From assembly GCA_034430555.1 (NCBI GenBank), contig DAOUEM010000362.1:1722-65721 (forward strand): a stretch of 64,000 nucleotides of DNA, read 5' to 3'. The DNA is from Anaerolineae bacterium (GTDB lineage Bacteria > Chloroflexota > Anaerolineae > Aggregatilineales > Ch27). The notes beneath the pieces were generated by a model. It was not told where the DNA came from and searched no databases. It was given only the letters and a program-made list of their open reading frames with translations. Position 1 is the stretch's first letter. Each line of letters begins with the position of its first letter. This document shows positions 62,198-64,000 of the stretch, piece after piece. Made by a program: the position numbers and the translations under genes.

Positions 62198-62686
62198 GCC
62201 GGGAGTCCTCTGCAAGCGCGCCTTACCAGGGTAGGCCGGAAAACCATTCGTCTTTCCGGCGCTGAGAGTAATTGGCCCGGAGCGCCCAAACACCCTTCCC
62301 ACGTAAATAGAAACAGCGCGGGACGGATGTCTCTCGGCCAAGAGTGCAGTCCGTCCCCACCACTTCGCTCTCAGGCGAACCCGAGAGTTATTGGTCGACC
62401 GCGGCGACGCGGGTGACGCATTTTTTACGATCACCTCAATCCTAACATGGGTGATGCCGGCGGGCAAGACCAGTGTGCAGTAGGGAGAGCTTGGACGAGG
62501 CAGGGGGGGATAAGTCCTATCAACGCAAATCATGTTGCGCGGCCCAAGGAGAACCGCAAGCACCGGAAGGTAGGCGGAGACGAGGGCGACAACGCGCTAG
62601 CGGATTAGCTCTCCGCCCGGTGCTGCGTGCGACGTCACCGGCCCGCAGCTCTGGCGGGTAGCCCTACATACTCAGCTTGAAGAAAC

Positions 62687-62749
62687 TGGCGTGCCGCAGC
62701 GGAGCTTGTGACCGAAAGTCGCAAGCCGGGTGCAAATCCCGACACGCCA
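62687..62749 (+). ncRNA. Candidate riboswitch-like / tRNA-like three-way junction (unclassified)
   Basis: 7-bp closing helix tggcgtg/cacgcca; 9-bp hairpin 62704-62712/62718-62726; 4-bp hairpin with a 7-nt T-loop-like loop (cggg-TGCAAAT-cccg). An intrinsic terminator lies about 50 nt downstream. Confidence 0.3.
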
Positions 62750-62801
62750 ACTCGCAGGACAGCCCCTGGCCCATGGTGCCAGACCGGTGTTCTGCCGAAA
62801 G

Positions 62802-62836
62802 CCCGACCGTCTCCCCCTCGGTCGGGTTTCTTTTTT
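62802..62836 (+). terminator. Intrinsic terminator
   Basis: Stem cccgacc/ggtcggg, an 11-nt loop, then tttctttttt. Confidence 0.7.
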
Positions 62837-62903
62837 GATTCTGACGTCACGCGCCCGCCTGTAAACCCAGGCGGGGTCGTTGTTCCCAAAAAGGAAATAG
62901 GAA

Positions 62904-63308
62904 ATGCATACCCAGAATACCACAACCCGTAAGCGCCAATAACCCCTGTCCGTCGGCACGTTCCTGGACGACGACGACCGCTACCGGGCGGCCATCACCA
63001 TCAGCCCGCCCAACACGATACCGGTCTTCGTCGTGGTCCGGCGCGGCGTGGTGGCCGAGATTTACGCCGAGCTGCTCGAGGCAGGCCGTAAGCCGGTCGA
63101 GGCGACCGGGCTGGCCTCGGCAAGACGTGGCTCCTCAATAACCTGGCGCTGAACGCCGCGCGAAAAGGGGCGCAACGAGAGCCTTCACCGGGAGCGCGAG
63201 ATGCTGGCCCGCCACAACGCCCTCAAGCGCCAGTTCTGGCTGGCGGTGATGTGGGGGGGGGGGTGTATCGGGTTCGGCGTAGGGCTGGTAGTGGGGTTGA
63301 TGTTTTAG
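62904..63308 (+). pseudogene. 134-codon reading frame interrupted by two in-frame stops, ending in a TM helix and containing a G11 tract
   Basis: Strong RBS (aaggaaataggaaATG). TAA at 62940 and TGA at 63150 are both in frame. The last segment, 63201-63308, encodes 'MLARHNALKRQFWLAVMWGGGCIGFGVGLVVGLMF*'. G11 run at 63253-63263. Confidence 0.35.
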
Positions 63309-63389
63309 GGGGACGTATGACCGAACCCTACCGGCGAACGAGTGCGAGTCCACCTCCATCACCATGCGTCTCCGCGATCCGAACAACTT

Positions 63390-64000
63390 CTACTCCGTTT
63401 CAAAGGCAATGGATTGTATCAACGTATCTAGCGTATTCAGGCTCGGGTTAAACGCTTCATCGGGCAGGCTGTTAATTTGCGCGAAAGCCTGCGGCAGATA
63501 GTGGTCCGAGTAATTCGCTGCGAATTCATTCCAGTCAATGTCGCTGGTATCGACTTCTTCCGGCAGCACACCGGTTTTCACCGGGAAGATGGCTGAGACA
63601 TAGTACGCGCCGTCAGCCATGATACCTTGAAAGGTATAGAAAATTTGTCTATCGGTGAGATGGTCGGCCTCTTGTGAATGCCGGGTCACATAACGTATGC
63701 CGCTGCCGACCCCGGCAATCTCTACATATTGTGGATGCGAGCGCAGCATCTGACCGGAGTTTACCCAGGGCAAAAAGGGGAGACGTATCTCAGGCGGGCG
63801 AGCCGATGTCCCGACATAAGCAGATAGATCGGGACGTTCCCGCAGCAGCGACTCCAGGGCATTGGGTTGATCGACAAAATCGTAGCCAAATTCGCGCATG
63901 GAATCGGTCGAATAGACCAAAATCTGTGGCCCTGCAATGAGATAAGGCAGTCGAAACTCACTTCCGTCCAGGTAGTTAAGAAAGCTGAAGCGGATGTGCT
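63390..64000 (-). CDS. Hypothetical protein, 5-prime partial (frame open to window edge)
   Basis: The listed TTG at 63920 is probably internal, because the minus-strand frame stays open to nt 63998. Lower G+C. No motif recognised. Confidence 0.6.
   Translation of the reverse strand, partial: HIRFSFLNYLDGSEFRLPYLIAGPQILVYSTDSMREFGYDFVDQPNALESLLRERPDLSAYVGTSARPPEIRLPFLPWVNSGQMLRSHPQYVEIAGVGSGIRYVTRHSQEADHLTDRQIFYTFQGIMADGAYYVSAIFPVKTGVLPEEVDTSDIDWNEFAANYSDHYLPQAFAQINSLPDEAFNPSLNTLDTLIQSIAFETE

Noticed and set aside
62704-62726. Group II intron domain V (AGC...GAAA...hairpin)
   Set aside because: The hairpin is 9 bp, has no 2-nt bulge, and totals about 26 nt rather than 34. No reverse-transcriptase/maturase ORF or other intron domains are nearby.
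62687-62749. tRNA, tmRNA, or cobalamin riboswitch assignment for the three-way junction
   Set aside because: It has a 7-bp acceptor-like helix and a T-loop-like hairpin. However, at 63 nt it is too short for a tRNA, has no D-arm, and the middle stem is 9 bp with a 5-nt loop. For tmRNA, there is no GGGG...UUCGAC 5-prime end, no credible tag frame and no CCA context. For cobalamin, only the GGUGCAAAUCC-like hairpin fits; the GGGAA junction, the CCCGCCACUG segment and a full B12 box are absent, and no B12-related gene follows. It is kept only as an unclassified candidate.
62230-62840. RNase P RNA, SRP RNA or 6S RNA in the large non-coding region
   Set aside because: I could not find the universally conserved RNase P segments (GAGGAAAGUCCGGGC, ACAGAACCCGGCUUA) or the SRP domain IV sequence (GGUCCGGAAGGAAGCAGCC) on either strand. 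6S RNA cannot be judged by eye.

Overview
Gene-dense, high-G+C (by eye, not computed) bacterial chromosomal segment. It contains dnaA (21957-23453) and about 0.9 kb of non-coding DNA upstream of it, so it probably lies at or near the replication origin. Several traits fit a filamentous Chloroflexota-like organism, but this is inference only: a SpoVS homologue, many PD40/TolB-type 'WSPDG' beta-propeller proteins, Thr/Pro-rich linkers, an LPXTG tail and a giant CHASE4/PAS/GAF kinase. I support about 55 protein genes, 3 gene remnants or pseudogenes, several intrinsic terminators and promoter-like elements, four short tandem repeats, and one riboswitch-like structured RNA candidate. I saw no rRNA, canonical tRNA, CRISPR array, transposase or integrase. 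The main candidate for an undescribed system is a translationally coupled 8-gene operon (28476-39127). It encodes three membrane proteins, a 1299-aa acidic protein with a repeated P-[DE]-W-[LF] motif, a GlmL/MutL-like ASKHA (actin-fold) ATPase, a barrel-sandwich protein and an LPXTG-tailed protein. Three of these products share a 'DLFGD' short linear motif. Other notable items: a Toll-like-receptor-style TIR-TM-beta-propeller protein; an accessory patch (6.4-9.3 kb) where two cassettes are each bracketed by diverged copies of a neighbouring gene's end; a PspA / Ser-Thr kinase / coiled-coil / NfeD membrane-stress cluster; three tandem secreted paralogues; a 61-bp triplication of a gene's 3-prime end; and a hairpin-dense 640-bp non-coding region ending in a three-way-junction aptamer-like fold plus terminator. 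All functional calls come from motifs read by eye. No database search was run.
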